Source: Acidovorax sp. (GTDB lineage: Bacteria; Pseudomonadota; Gammaproteobacteria; Burkholderiales; Burkholderiaceae_C). From it: 64,000 nucleotides of DNA. A program made the translations under genes and the position numbers. Of this stretch, positions 19,460-29,308 are shown in pieces. The notes beneath the pieces are model-generated. The model saw nothing but the letters and a program-made list of their open reading frames with translations. It ran no database searches and was not told the DNA's origin. Numbering within the stretch: position 1 is the stretch's first letter; every line of letters begins with the position of its first letter. The DNA lies in NCBI RefSeq assembly GCF_016783915.1, contig NZ_JADHVT010000005.1:8315-72314 (forward strand). The letters are read 5' to 3'.

Positions 19460-21343
19460 TCAGCCCTGCTGGCTGACCCTCAGCACCTCGGTGCCATACG
19501 CCTCCAGCTTCTTCGCCCCCATCCCGCTGATGCCCTGCAGGTCGTCCAGCGATGTGGGGTTGCGCTCGGCAATGGCTGCCAGCGTGGCGTCATGAAAGAT
19601 CACATACGCGGGCAGGTTGTGCTCGCGTGCCACCTCGGCGCGCCAGGCCTTGAGGTTGATGAAGCGCACCTGTGCATCGGGCCCCAGGTTGGCAGCGGCG
19701 GCCGGGGGGGCACTGCCTTTGCGCGTGCGCTTGGCGGGGGCGGACGACACCGATTCGCGCAGCTGCACCGGCACTTCGCCCTTGAGCACCGCGCGCGAGC
19801 CCTCGGTGAGGCACAGCGTGTCAAAGCTGTGGCCGCTGTCCAGCATCACCTTCTGTAAGCCTAACGCGCCGGTGGCGATCAGCTGGCGCAGCACGCCGCG
19901 CAGCTGGGGCTCTGTCAGGTCCGCACCAATGCCGAAGGTGGAGATTTTTTCGTGCCCGAACTGCGCCACCTTCTCTGTTTTCTTGCCGCGCAATATGTCC
20001 ATGATGTGCCCCGTGCCAAAGCTGATGCCGCTGGCCTGGTTCACGCGGTAGATGGTGGACAGCAGCTTGCGTGCCGCATCCGTGGCGTCCCACACCGCCG
20101 GTGGGTTCAGGCAGTTGTCGCAGTTGCCACAGGGCGTGGACTGCTCGCCAAAGTAGGCCAGCAGCCGCACGCGGCGGCAGTCGGTGGCTTCGGCCAGCGC
20201 CAGCAGCGCATCGAGCTTGCCGCGCAGCGCCTGCTTGAACTCTTCGCCCGCCGGGCTCTCGTCGATCATGCGGCGCTGGTTGACCACGTCGTTCAGGCCA
20301 TAGGCCATCCAGGCGTCGGCGTTCAGCCCGTCGCGGCCTGCACGGCCCGTTTCCTGGTAGTAGCCCTCGATGTTCTTGGGCATGTCCACGTGGGCCACAA
20401 AACGCACATCGGGCTTGTCGATGCCCATGCCGAACGCAATGGTGGCCACCATCACGATGCCTTCCTCGCGCAGGAAGCGGTCCTGGTTCTTCTGGCGCAC
20501 TTTCGTGTCCAGCCCCGCGTGGTAAGGCAGGGCGGTGATGCCCGCGTCGCTCAGCGTGGCGGCCAGCTCTTCCACGCGCTTCCTGGACTGGCAATACACC
20601 ACGCCGGCCTCGCCCGCATGCTCGCGTTCGATGAAGCGCAGCAGCTGGGTGGTTGCGTCCTTCTTCTCGACAATCGTGTAGCGGATGTTGGGCCGGTCAA
20701 AGCTGCTGATGAACAGGCGCGCGTCTTCGAGCTGCAGGCGCTCGATGATGTCGGCCCGTGTGAGGTCGTCGGCCGTGGCGGTGAGCGCAATGCGCGGCAC
20801 CCCCGCATACCGCTCGTGCAGCACGGTGAGTGCGCGGTACTCGGGGCGGAAATCGTGGCCCCACTGGCTCACGCAATGCGCCTCGTCAATGGCAAACAGC
20901 GAGAGGTGGCCGCCTTCGTACAGGCTGTCGAGCAGGCCCAGAAAACGCGGCGTGTTCAGCCGCTCGGGCGCGGCGTACAGCAGGGTGATATCACCCGTCT
21001 GCAGGCGCAGCTCCACATCCTGCGCCTCGTCAAAACTCAGCGTGGAGTTGAGAAACGCCGCATCCACCCCCGCCTCGTGCAGCGCGCCCACCTGGTCGTG
21101 CATCAGCGCGATCAGCGGCGAGATCACGATGGTTACCCCGCGCCCCTGCTGCTGGCGCACGATGGCCGGCACCTGGTAGCACAGCGACTTGCCCCCGCCC
21201 GTGGGCATGAGTACCAGGGCGTCGCCGCCAGCGATCACATGCTCAACAATGGCCTGCTGCGGGCCGCGAAACTGCTCGTAGCCAAAAATGTCCTGCAAAA
21301 CGGAATGGGCAGGGGACAGCGCGGGAGACAGGCGAGAGGACAA
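19460..21343 (-). CDS. recQ: ATP-dependent DNA helicase RecQ
   Basis: [41 protein letters not shown] zinc cysteines and C-terminal HRDC. Start uncertain (TTG near 21343). Confidence 0.95.
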   Translation of the reverse strand: MSSRLSPALSPAHSVLQDIFGYEQFRGPQQAIVEHVIAGGDALVLMPTGGGKSLCYQVPAIVRQQQGRGVTIVISPLIALMHDQVGALHEAGVDAAFLNSTLSFDEAQDVELRLQTGDITLLYAAPERLNTPRFLGLLDSLYEGGHLSLFAIDEAHCVSQWGHDFRPEYRALTVLHERYAGVPRIALTATADDLTRADIIERLQLEDARLFISSFDRPNIRYTIVEKKDATTQLLRFIEREHAGEAGVVYCQSRKRVEELAATLSDAGITALPYHAGLDTKVRQKNQDRFLREEGIVMVATIAFGMGIDKPDVRFVAHVDMPKNIEGYYQETGRAGRDGLNADAWMAYGLNDVVNQRRMIDESPAGEEFKQALRGKLDALLALAEATDCRRVRLLAYFGEQSTPCGNCDNCLNPPAVWDATDAARKLLSTIYRVNQASGISFGTGHIMDILRGKKTEKVAQFGHEKISTFGIGADLTEPQLRGVLRQLIATGALGLQKVMLDSGHSFDTLCLTEGSRAVLKGEVPVQLRESVSSAPAKRTRKGSAPPAAAANLGPDAQVRFINLKAWRAEVAREHNLPAYVIFHDATLAAIAERNPTSLDDLQGISGMGAKKLEAYGTEVLRVSQQG

Positions 21344-21348
21344 GCGGA

Positions 21349-21410
21349 TACTCTGAAATTGATAGCTGCCAGCGCATACAAAACAAGCGCTTGGTGCCGA
21401 TAGGGCCAAA
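21349..21410. repeat. ~62-bp palindromic repeat, intergenic copy
   Basis: ACTCTGAAATTGATAGCTGCCAGCGCATACAAAACAAGCGCTTGGTGCCG, in opposite orientation to the 43186 copy. Confidence 0.8.
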
Positions 21411-21504
21411 ATTTTTGGGCGCGCCCGGGCTTGGCCCCGTGCGCGGCAGGCGCATATTGTGCGCTGCAAGAGGGCGAGGGGCTGGCTTTCTACAATAGCG
21501 GGCT

Positions 21505-22569
21505 ATGCAAGCCCTCCACTACACGCGCGCCGCGCAACTGCCCGACATCCTCGCCCAACGCATCGTCATCCTCGACGGCGCCATGGGCACCATGATCCAG
21601 CGCTTCAAGCTGGGTGAGGCGCAGTACCGGGGTGAGGGCTACACCGGCCCCGATGGGGCGGGCGACCGGTTCAAGGACTTCCCGCGTGACGTGAAGGGCA
21701 ACAACGAGTTGCTGAGCATCACACGCCCGGACGTGATCCGCGACATCCACGAGCGCTACCTGGCCGCTGGCGCCGACCTCATCGAGACCAACACCTTCGG
21801 TGCAACGACCATTGCGCAAGAGGACTACAAGATGGCCGAACTGGCGCGCGAGATGAACCTCAAGTCCGCCCAGCTGGCCCGCGCCGCCTGCGACAAGTAC
21901 AGCACGCCCGACAAGCCCCGCTTTGTCGCAGGCGCCCTCGGCCCCACGCCCAAGACGGCCAGTATCAGCCCCGACGTGAACGACCCCGGTGCGCGCAACA
22001 TCGACTTTGAAACCCTGCGCGCTGCCTACTACGAGCAGACCGAGGCGCTGGTCGAAGGCGGCGCCGACGTGCTGCTGGTCGAGACCATCTTCGACACGCT
22101 GAACGCCAAGGCCGCGCTGTTCGCGATTGACGAGTTCTTTGAAAAGAGCGGCGAGCGCCTGCCGCTCATCATCAGCGGCACCGTCACCGACGCCTCGGGC
22201 CGTATCCTCTCGGGCCAGACGGTCACCGCCTTCTGGCACAGCGTGCGCCACTCGCGCCCGCTGGCCATTGGCCTGAACTGCGCGCTGGGCGCCACGCTGA
22301 TGCGCCCCTACATCCAGGAGCTCAACCGCGTGGCCGAGGACACCTTCATCAGCTGCTACCCCAACGCCGGCCTGCCCAACCCCATGAGCGACACCGGCTT
22401 TGACGAGACCCCCGAGATCACCAGCCGCCTGGTGCACGAGTTCGCGGCCGAGGGGCTGGTCAACATTCTGGGCGGCTGCTGCGGCACCACGCCGGACCAC
22501 ATTGGCGCCATCGCCAAGGCTGTGGAAAGCGTGCCTACGCGCAAGATGTTCTACCCTGCCGAAGCCTGA
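21505..22569 (+). CDS. metH: Methionine synthase N-terminal (homocysteine-binding) module as a standalone gene
   Basis: [16 protein letters not shown] and GGCCGTTP zinc ligands; ends before the pterin domain. Confidence 0.93.
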   Translation: MQALHYTRAAQLPDILAQRIVILDGAMGTMIQRFKLGEAQYRGEGYTGPDGAGDRFKDFPRDVKGNNELLSITRPDVIRDIHERYLAAGADLIETNTFGATTIAQEDYKMAELAREMNLKSAQLARAACDKYSTPDKPRFVAGALGPTPKTASISPDVNDPGARNIDFETLRAAYYEQTEALVEGGADVLLVETIFDTLNAKAALFAIDEFFEKSGERLPLIISGTVTDASGRILSGQTVTAFWHSVRHSRPLAIGLNCALGATLMRPYIQELNRVAEDTFISCYPNAGLPNPMSDTGFDETPEITSRLVHEFAAEGLVNILGGCCGTTPDHIGAIAKAVESVPTRKMFYPAEA

Positions 22570-22572
22570 ATG

Positions 22573-22632
22573 TGAGTGAAATGGGCTGTTGGCGCTTATT
22601 CCATAAGCGCCAACAGCTATAGAAATAGTAGT
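22573..22632. repeat. ~62-bp palindromic repeat, best-preserved hairpin copy
   Basis: GCTGTTGGCGCTTAT-TCC-ATAAGCGCCAACAGC perfect 15-bp stem, then TATAGAAATAGTAG. Confidence 0.85.
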
Positions 22633-22746
22633 CAATGCCGTACCAGCGCAGTGCGGCAGCCCATTGCAGGGTGGCGCCCGGTGCGGCAACCTTGCAATCC
22701 CCCACCATTGCGCCTCCCCGATACCGCCCCCTGGTCTGCCCACCCC

Positions 22747-23694
22747 ATGCTTGATACCGCCACCCCGCCCGCTCAATCAACCGTTGAAGGCGACGACGCA
22801 CCCGCAGTGGCCGCAAAGGCCGCCGCCCACGCCGCGCTCAAGCTCGAAAAGCGCTTGGTGCGCCAAGTAGCGCAGGCCATCACAGACTTTGGCCTCATTG
22901 AAGACGGCGACAAGGTCATGGTGTGCGTGTCGGGCGGCAAAGACAGCTACGCCATGCTCGACGTGCTGCGCATGCTGCAGCAGCGCAACGGCCACAAGTT
23001 CGAGCTGATCGCCGTCAACCTCGACCAGAAGCAGCCGGGCTTTCCGGCCCATGTGCTGCCCGAATATCTGACGAAAGTGGGCGTGCCCTTCCACATCGAA
23101 ACGCAGGACACCTACAGCGTCGTCAAGGAGCATATCCCCGAAGGCAAGACCATGTGCAGCCTCTGCAGCCGCCTGCGCCGGGGCATCCTGTACCGCGTGG
23201 CCGACGAGCTGGGCTGCACAAAAATAGCGCTCGGCCACCACCGTGACGACATGCTGCAGACGTTCTTTTTGAACATGTTCTTCGGTGGCAAGCTCAAGGG
23301 CATGCCGCCCAAGGTGCAGAGCGACAGGGGTGACCACCTCATCATCCGCCCGCTGGCCTATGTGGCCGAGGACGACCTCACCCGCTGGGCCGAGCACCGC
23401 AAATTCCCCATCATCCCCTGCACGCTCTGCGGCAGCCAGGAGAACCTGCAACGCAAGCAGATCGGCCAGATGCTGCGCGACTGGCAGCAGCTCTACCCCG
23501 GCCGCATCGAAAACATGGCCGTGGCGCTGCGCAACCTGGTGCCCTCGCACTTCATGGACCCGCGCCAGTTCGACTTCAAGGGGTTGGTACCCAACGGCGT
23601 GGCCGACGCCGATGGTGACAAGGCCTTTGACGCCGAAGAACTGCCCGCGCAGGCCGTGGGCATGCTCGCGGGCCTGCCCCTGATGCCCCGCTGA
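22747..23694 (+). CDS. ttcA: tRNA 2-thiocytidine(32) synthetase
   Basis: SGGKDSY PP-loop, [16 protein letters not shown] and IPCTLCGSQ. Confidence 0.95.
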   Translation: MLDTATPPAQSTVEGDDAPAVAAKAAAHAALKLEKRLVRQVAQAITDFGLIEDGDKVMVCVSGGKDSYAMLDVLRMLQQRNGHKFELIAVNLDQKQPGFPAHVLPEYLTKVGVPFHIETQDTYSVVKEHIPEGKTMCSLCSRLRRGILYRVADELGCTKIALGHHRDDMLQTFFLNMFFGGKLKGMPPKVQSDRGDHLIIRPLAYVAEDDLTRWAEHRKFPIIPCTLCGSQENLQRKQIGQMLRDWQQLYPGRIENMAVALRNLVPSHFMDPRQFDFKGLVPNGVADADGDKAFDAEELPAQAVGMLAGLPLMPR

Positions 23695-23730
23695 ACCCGA
23701 CCCCCGACGATTTTTAGATTGGGCCACCCC

Positions 23731-25170
23731 ATGACCACGCTCAAAGCCCCCGAACTGCTCCTGCCCGCCGGCTCGCTCGACAAGATGCGCGCCGCCTACG
23801 ACTTTGGCGCCGACGCCGTGTACGCAGGCCAGCCGCGCTACAGCCTGCGCGCGCGCAACAACGAGTTCCGCATGGAGCAGATCAAGCAAGGCATTGACGA
23901 GGCCCACGCACGCGGCAAGAAGTTCTTTGTGACCAGCAACCTGATTGCGCACAACGACAAGATCCGCACCTACCTGCGCGACATCGAGCCCGTGATCGAC
24001 TGCCAACCCGACGCCCTCATCATGGCCGACGCGGGCCTGATCATGATGGTCAAGGAGAAGTGGCCCGAGCAGGTGGTGCACCTCTCGGTGCAGGCCAACA
24101 CCACCAACTGGGCGGCCGTGAAGTTCTGGCAAAAGATGGGCGTGGAGCGCGTCATCCTCTCGCGCGAACTCAGCCTGGACGAGATCGAGAAAATCCGCCA
24201 GGAATGCCCCGACATGGAGCTGGAAGTGTTCGTGCACGGCGCGCTGTGCATTGCGTACTCGGGCCGCTGTTTGCTCAGCGGCTACTTCAACCACCGCGAC
24301 CCCAACCAGGGCACCTGCACCAATGCCTGTCGCTGGAACTACGCCACGCACGACGCCGACATCGACCCGACCACCGGCGAAGCCATTGCCCAGAAGATGG
24401 AAGGTGACTTCAACTTCGAGGCCGCGCAGCAGAAGGCGGAACAATCGTTTGCCTCCACCACCGGCAACGGCGAGCGTCATCCCAAGGCCGACAAGGTCTA
24501 CCTGATCGAAGAAGCGGGCCGCCCTGGGCAGATGATGCCCATCATGGAAGACGAGCACGGCACGTACATCATGAACAGCAAGGACCTGCGTGCGGTGGAG
24601 CACGTGGCGCGCCTGGCGCAGATCGGCGTCGATTCGCTCAAGATCGAGGGCCGCACCAAGAGCCTGTACTACGTGGCCCGCACCGCCCAGGTGTACCGCC
24701 TTGCCATCGACGACGCCGTGGCGGGCCGGCCCTTCAACCCCGAGCTGCTGATCGAGCTCGAAGGCCTGTCCAACCGAGGCTACACCGGCGGCCTGCTGGA
24801 GCGCCGCCCCAGCAACGACTACCAGAACTACCTCAGCGGCCATTCGGCCACGCAGCGCAGCCAGTTCGTGGGCGAGGTGCTAAGTGCTGTAGGCCAGGCC
24901 GAGGTGGGGCTGTCAGGCGACTGGGTGCAGGTGGAAACCAAGAACCACTTTGCTGTGGGCGACCTGGTTGAGGTGGTGCACCCCAGCGGCAACATCACCG
25001 TGCGCCTGCAGGAAATGCGCAATGTGGAAGGCCAGCCTGTACAGGTCGCGCAGGGCAGCCCGGTGCGCGTGTGGATCCCGCTGCCCGCGCGCTACAGCGG
25101 CGCGCTGCTGGCTCGGGTGATTGAATCGCAACCGCCTGCTGAAGCGGCAGAGCCCGCTGTGGCGGTTTGA
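23731..25170 (+). CDS. trhP: U32-family tRNA hydroxylation protein (YegQ/TrhP)
   Basis: PELLLPAG, GQPRYSLRARNN, HGALCIAYSGRC, CTNACRW and KIEGRTKS. Confidence 0.9.
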   Translation: MTTLKAPELLLPAGSLDKMRAAYDFGADAVYAGQPRYSLRARNNEFRMEQIKQGIDEAHARGKKFFVTSNLIAHNDKIRTYLRDIEPVIDCQPDALIMADAGLIMMVKEKWPEQVVHLSVQANTTNWAAVKFWQKMGVERVILSRELSLDEIEKIRQECPDMELEVFVHGALCIAYSGRCLLSGYFNHRDPNQGTCTNACRWNYATHDADIDPTTGEAIAQKMEGDFNFEAAQQKAEQSFASTTGNGERHPKADKVYLIEEAGRPGQMMPIMEDEHGTYIMNSKDLRAVEHVARLAQIGVDSLKIEGRTKSLYYVARTAQVYRLAIDDAVAGRPFNPELLIELEGLSNRGYTGGLLERRPSNDYQNYLSGHSATQRSQFVGEVLSAVGQAEVGLSGDWVQVETKNHFAVGDLVEVVHPSGNITVRLQEMRNVEGQPVQVAQGSPVRVWIPLPARYSGALLARVIESQPPAEAAEPAVAV

Positions 25171-25188
25171 TTTTCACAGGGGCTGCGC

Positions 25189-26565
25189 ATGAAGACGCTG
25201 TTGCATGCCACGCAGCCCCGCCGTGTGGCTACTGTTGCTTTGCTGGCTGCGGCCTTGGCGGGCTCCGCCATCGCCCAGGTCCCGGCCGTAGCGCCTGCGA
25301 AGTCGCGCTACGTGCAGGGCTCCTGGGTCAACCTGCGCGAGTCTACGCAGCCGCAGGCGCGCGTGGTGGCCCAGGTGCCCGCCAACACCGTGCTGCAGCA
25401 GCTCACCGAACGCGACGGCTGGTGCGCCGTGCTCTATGCGGGCGATGCCCGCCTGGGGCCCCTGCTGGCGGAGCCGCTCCAGGCCCACATCGCCTGCAAC
25501 CTGCTGGCCGACCAGCCCCTCAGCCTGGCCCAGGCAGGCAAGGACGCTGCCCGCGCCTTCTGGGTCGCGCCATCGCCCAACCGCCTGCGCGCCTACGGCA
25601 ACGCCCTGCCGCGCCCGCCAGCCCTGCAGCTGCCCACGCTGGCCAAGAGCCATGCGCACGAGATGCCAGTGCAGTACCCCACGCGTCCTGAATGGGAGGC
25701 TGCCAAAAAGCTCATGCGCGCTGGCGTACTGCTGCAGCCCGAGCAGGAGATCGACCGTGGCCGCCCGGTGAACCCGCTGGACGACCTGAAGCTGGCCACC
25801 CGCCCCGAGTACGACAACATTCCCGCCGTGGCCCCTTTGGCCGCCAAGCCCGCCCTGCCTGCGATTGCGCCGTCGTACTTTCGCAGCCACACCAGCGTGG
25901 CTCTGCTGCACGAGACCGATGCCGACGGCCTGGCCGCCGTGGCGGGCATCCGCATCAGCGTCATCCCCACGGGCGCTCCCGTGGGCCGGTTCAACCGCCA
26001 CAGTGGGCCTGAGATCGAATACATCACCGGCTTCTGGGATGTGGGCTCTGCCGACCAGGCCTTCGCCCCTGCGCTGACCGTGTATGCCATCACCCACAAG
26101 GGCCTGGTGGGCGCCCACACCGTGCGCCAGCGCTATTGGGACATCAGTAACGAAGAGCACTACTGCGGCGGCCACTACCCCGGCCGTGGGTTCAACGACC
26201 CTGGCGAAGAAGCCCAGCCCGTGCGCGGCTATGCCAAGCTGTCCGACAGTGCCGAGGTGCTGACCCGCCTGGTGCTGCCCGGCAAGTTGCCGCCTGATGC
26301 GGTGAAGGTGAAGACCAGGCGCTATGCCACGAGCTGGATGCAGCCCGCCGACCCGCCCATCCGGGACAAGCCCCAGCGCAAAAATACCGCCGTGCTAGTG
26401 CACGAGATCGACGTGGACCGTGACGGCATTGCGGACATCCTGCGCATCGACACCCCTTCGCCCGGCAGCATGAGCTTCGAGCCGATCTTTGAATGGCGCT
26501 GGTACCTCAATATCGGCGGCCAGTGGTTCCGGGCGGGGGTTTGGGTGGATCAGGAGTGCACCTGA
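25189..26565 (+). CDS. Secreted hypothetical protein with N-terminal SH3-like domain and C-terminal DxDxDG motif
   Basis: Signal peptide, VNLRE ... VVAQVPANT ... GW (SH3b-like), and IDVDRDGIADIL. Confidence 0.7.
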   Translation: MKTLLHATQPRRVATVALLAAALAGSAIAQVPAVAPAKSRYVQGSWVNLRESTQPQARVVAQVPANTVLQQLTERDGWCAVLYAGDARLGPLLAEPLQAHIACNLLADQPLSLAQAGKDAARAFWVAPSPNRLRAYGNALPRPPALQLPTLAKSHAHEMPVQYPTRPEWEAAKKLMRAGVLLQPEQEIDRGRPVNPLDDLKLATRPEYDNIPAVAPLAAKPALPAIAPSYFRSHTSVALLHETDADGLAAVAGIRISVIPTGAPVGRFNRHSGPEIEYITGFWDVGSADQAFAPALTVYAITHKGLVGAHTVRQRYWDISNEEHYCGGHYPGRGFNDPGEEAQPVRGYAKLSDSAEVLTRLVLPGKLPPDAVKVKTRRYATSWMQPADPPIRDKPQRKNTAVLVHEIDVDRDGIADILRIDTPSPGSMSFEPIFEWRWYLNIGGQWFRAGVWVDQECT

Positions 26566-26593
26566 TGGGCACGTGCAGAGGGTCTGCCCGTGC

Positions 26594-27235
26594 TCAAGGG
26601 GATACGCCGTCGTCGTAGGTGTTGCAGTTGAACCCGTTGAGCAAGGCCAGCGAAGGGACTGCAAAGCGCTTTTCTTTGCTGACCTTGACATGGCCCTTGA
26701 CCCGTTCGTAGGTGATGAATTTGCCGGCCAGGTAGTTGACGCTGCTGCGGCCGTATTCCTTGCCTTGAACCTCCCAGACGTTTTCCTTGCCGATCAGTTC
26801 AAAGTCGCCACGCCGTGGGCTGAAGCGGAACTGCAAGGTGGTGGTGGCTGATACATCGCCTTCCGCCTTGTCCACAGCGGTCACCCACAGCGACGTGCCC
26901 TTGGCTTCGAGGTTGTAGAACTTTTGCGCCGTGCAGTAACTGGAAGAGGCAGAAAGAGGTGTGTATGCGCCGCCCGCTTTGCCCGCCAGAACTACAAGGC
27001 GTATTTCCATCGGCCGGTCCACAGGCCCGTCAACTTCGTTGAGGATCAAGGCGAGGTCCTGCACGCCATCGTCGTTCCAATTGCCCGCGGTGGAAGTCCA
27101 TTCGACGAATGTCTGGTTCGGGAACAGTGCAGCTACTGCTGCTTTGGCAGTGGCAAATTCTGGCGGTTGTGCGAAGGCTGCAGCCGCCATGGCCAGCAAG
27201 GCGACTGTGGTCGAAATGTGGTGGGTGATATGCAT
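26594..27235 (-). CDS. Secreted hypothetical protein with an FG-GAP-like motif
   Basis: Signal peptide (LLAMAAAAFA), GNWNDDGVQDLALIL, one cysteine pair; AGAAGG RBS. Confidence 0.7.
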   Translation of the reverse strand: MHITHHISTTVALLAMAAAAFAQPPEFATAKAAVAALFPNQTFVEWTSTAGNWNDDGVQDLALILNEVDGPVDRPMEIRLVVLAGKAGGAYTPLSASSSYCTAQKFYNLEAKGTSLWVTAVDKAEGDVSATTTLQFRFSPRRGDFELIGKENVWEVQGKEYGRSSVNYLAGKFITYERVKGHVKVSKEKRFAVPSLALLNGFNCNTYDDGVSP

Positions 27236-27291
27236 GGGGCACCTTCTGGGCTCACTGGATGTGTGGAGTGGGGATTGTGTCTGTGCAACGG

Positions 27292-27939
27292 TCAGCGTAG
27301 GCTGCCCGGTTGCCGCAGCAATGCCCCGAGCACCAGCGCCTCGGCCACCACTTCCAGCCCTTCTTCCAGCGTGGCCAGCAGCGATGGCATCTCGGGCAGG
27401 CTGGGCCAGTGGGTTTGCACTTCGGGCCATTGGTCCACACCAATCGCCAGCCAGCCCACGGCCAGGCCCGCCCACAGCAGGGCGCGGGTGCCGGTGTGCA
27501 GCAAGGCGCGGTGCAGCCAAGCCATAGTGAGCAGGCCCACCACCGCCACGGCCAGCATGGGGGCTTCGCGCACGGGGGCCCAGCGACAGGCATCCGTCCA
27601 TTCGTGGCAGCGAAACTTCCACAGCTCGTGCAGTATGAACTGCTCGTCCAGCGCCAGCACAAAAAACGCAAGCGCCAGCCAGGCGCCCAGCCGCCGGGGC
27701 AGGGCGCGGTCCCCCACCATCCGAAGGCTCGTGACGCTGAGCGCCAGCAGCAGCGCACTCGACAGCCACGACACCGGCGAGCCGTCCGAGCGGAAGGCGC
27801 GCTCCCACTGCGGCGCATACATCCACCCACTGAACAGCAGGAAGCCCAGCACGGCCAGCAGCAGTGCAGGCGCAACCCCGGTGTGGGGCATGGGGTGGCG
27901 ATCGACAAGGGGTGGGCGTGCTGTGGTGTGCGGGTGCAT
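27292..27939 (-). CDS. Hypothetical multi-pass membrane protein
   Basis: Several hydrophobic helices with LDEQ-x-x-x-HE, DQW and EEGLE motifs. Start uncertain. Confidence 0.65.
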   Translation of the reverse strand: MHPHTTARPPLVDRHPMPHTGVAPALLLAVLGFLLFSGWMYAPQWERAFRSDGSPVSWLSSALLLALSVTSLRMVGDRALPRRLGAWLALAFFVLALDEQFILHELWKFRCHEWTDACRWAPVREAPMLAVAVVGLLTMAWLHRALLHTGTRALLWAGLAVGWLAIGVDQWPEVQTHWPSLPEMPSLLATLEEGLEVVAEALVLGALLRQPGSLR

Positions 27940-28037
27940 GGCGGGGAGGTGGCTGCGCGCTGAGAGGCAACGCGGCGGGCAGTGGAACCGGATTGTGGGC
28001 AAAAAGCGCCGGTAGCGCCTGACTTTATTGCACCTTT

Positions 28038-28095
28038 TGCTATGTAGTTGATAGCTGAAGCGCTTGGCAAGCCAGCCCATACCATGGCCTGTTCA
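28038..28095. repeat. ~62-bp palindromic repeat, degenerate copy
   Basis: TGCTATGTAGTTGATAGCTGAAGCGCTTGG matches the TGCTAT..TTGATAGCT..GCGC end. Confidence 0.65.
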
Positions 28096-28146
28096 CGCCG
28101 TAAGAATCGCTACAGAATCGGACATCCATTCCCCAGGCAGCCCGGC

Positions 28147-29289
28147 ATGACCTTCCCGATCGATCCGTCCCGCACGGCACTGCCGCCCGTGGCCCAGTTC
28201 CTGGCCGAGGCGGCGCTGCAGCGGCAGACGGCGTTGCTGGGGCTGGACAAACCCAAACCTGCTGCACCGGCACCCTTACCTGCCGCAGACCCCAGCGCGC
28301 CGCCGCCATCGGTCGCATCACCCAGCCCGCCCGGCGGGCCGCTGCCTACACCGGCGGACCAGGCCAGCATCTCGCCCCAGGCGCGCGAACAGTTGGCGGC
28401 GGGCTTTGACCCGCGCAGGGCGGGCGGGGCCGATCGCCGCTTGCAGGGCGCCAGGGGCGAGGGCGCCGCGCAGGCTGCGTCCCCGGGGGCATCGGCGCTG
28501 CCCCGTGGCGCAACCCCGGGTACGTCCGGCCATGTGGCGGCGTCCGCAGCCTCCGCCACAAGTGGCGCAGCCTGGCCCGCGTCCGGCCTCAGCACGCCGC
28601 TGCTGCGCATGGTGAGTGCTCTGGTGGCAGAGGTCACGGCCCAGGCCGGGGTGCCGCAGCGCGTGGTGGCCGCGCAGCCCTGGCCCATGGGCATGGCCCA
28701 GGCGCTGGAGAGTGGGGCGCTGGATGCCGAACAGCCGCCCTTGCAGACCTGGCTGGTGCGCCAGGGCGTGGTGGCAACACCCGAGGGGCCGCGCGGGCTG
28801 GCGCTCACCCTGCGCGCGCCGGTGCCGTGGCTGGCGGCACAGGCCTCACCTGCAGCAGCCAGCGTATCGGCAGCGCAGACGGGCGCCGGTGCCAGCGTTG
28901 CGGGCGCGCTGCAGGTGCCTTTTGCCGGGGGCGGGCAGGCGCTGCAATCGGGGGTGATGGCCTTGGTGTTGCAGGGCATGGATGCCGCCGCGCCGCGTAC
29001 CAGCGCGCTGCTGGTGCTGGACCTGCAGCCGCAGCTGGCCACCACCGTGTACGGGCGCGACATGCTGCAGCAGACCACAGGCCGCCTGGACCCTTGGACC
29101 CAGATGGCCGTGCTGCAGGCCAGCGGGCAGGTGCCGCGCGAGGACGAGCGTGCGCGCAATGGGGCATCTGGCCTGTGCGAGACCGTGGGTTGCCCGTATG
29201 CAGCCCGCGCAGAGTGTGCGCAGCCCTTCTGTCTGGCGCTGCGTGGCGTGTTGCCACCCGGGCCGGTGGGGCCTTCGCCGTCTGCCTGA
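28147..29289 (+). CDS. Hypothetical Pro/Ala-rich protein with C-terminal CX4CX7CX4C motif
   Basis: Long ORF with normal codon bias, ending in LCETVGCPYAARAECAQPFC. Confidence 0.65.
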   Translation: MTFPIDPSRTALPPVAQFLAEAALQRQTALLGLDKPKPAAPAPLPAADPSAPPPSVASPSPPGGPLPTPADQASISPQAREQLAAGFDPRRAGGADRRLQGARGEGAAQAASPGASALPRGATPGTSGHVAASAASATSGAAWPASGLSTPLLRMVSALVAEVTAQAGVPQRVVAAQPWPMGMAQALESGALDAEQPPLQTWLVRQGVVATPEGPRGLALTLRAPVPWLAAQASPAAASVSAAQTGAGASVAGALQVPFAGGGQALQSGVMALVLQGMDAAAPRTSALLVLDLQPQLATTVYGRDMLQQTTGRLDPWTQMAVLQASGQVPREDERARNGASGLCETVGCPYAARAECAQPFCLALRGVLPPGPVGPSPSA

Positions 29290-29308
29290 GGGCGCGCCCT
29301 CAGGCTCT

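Noticed and set aside
21344-21469. N-terminal extension of RecQ in the ORF track (also extensions of pckG to 12248, fasciclin to 7281, ena to 49880 and ttcA from 22576)
   Set aside because: These extensions run through repeats, terminators or neighbouring genes and lack homology-like sequence; downstream starts fit better.
22747-25170. ttcA-trhP adjacency (with queC nearby) as a special tRNA-modification island
   Set aside because: These are ordinary housekeeping genes; adjacency alone is not evidence of a new system.
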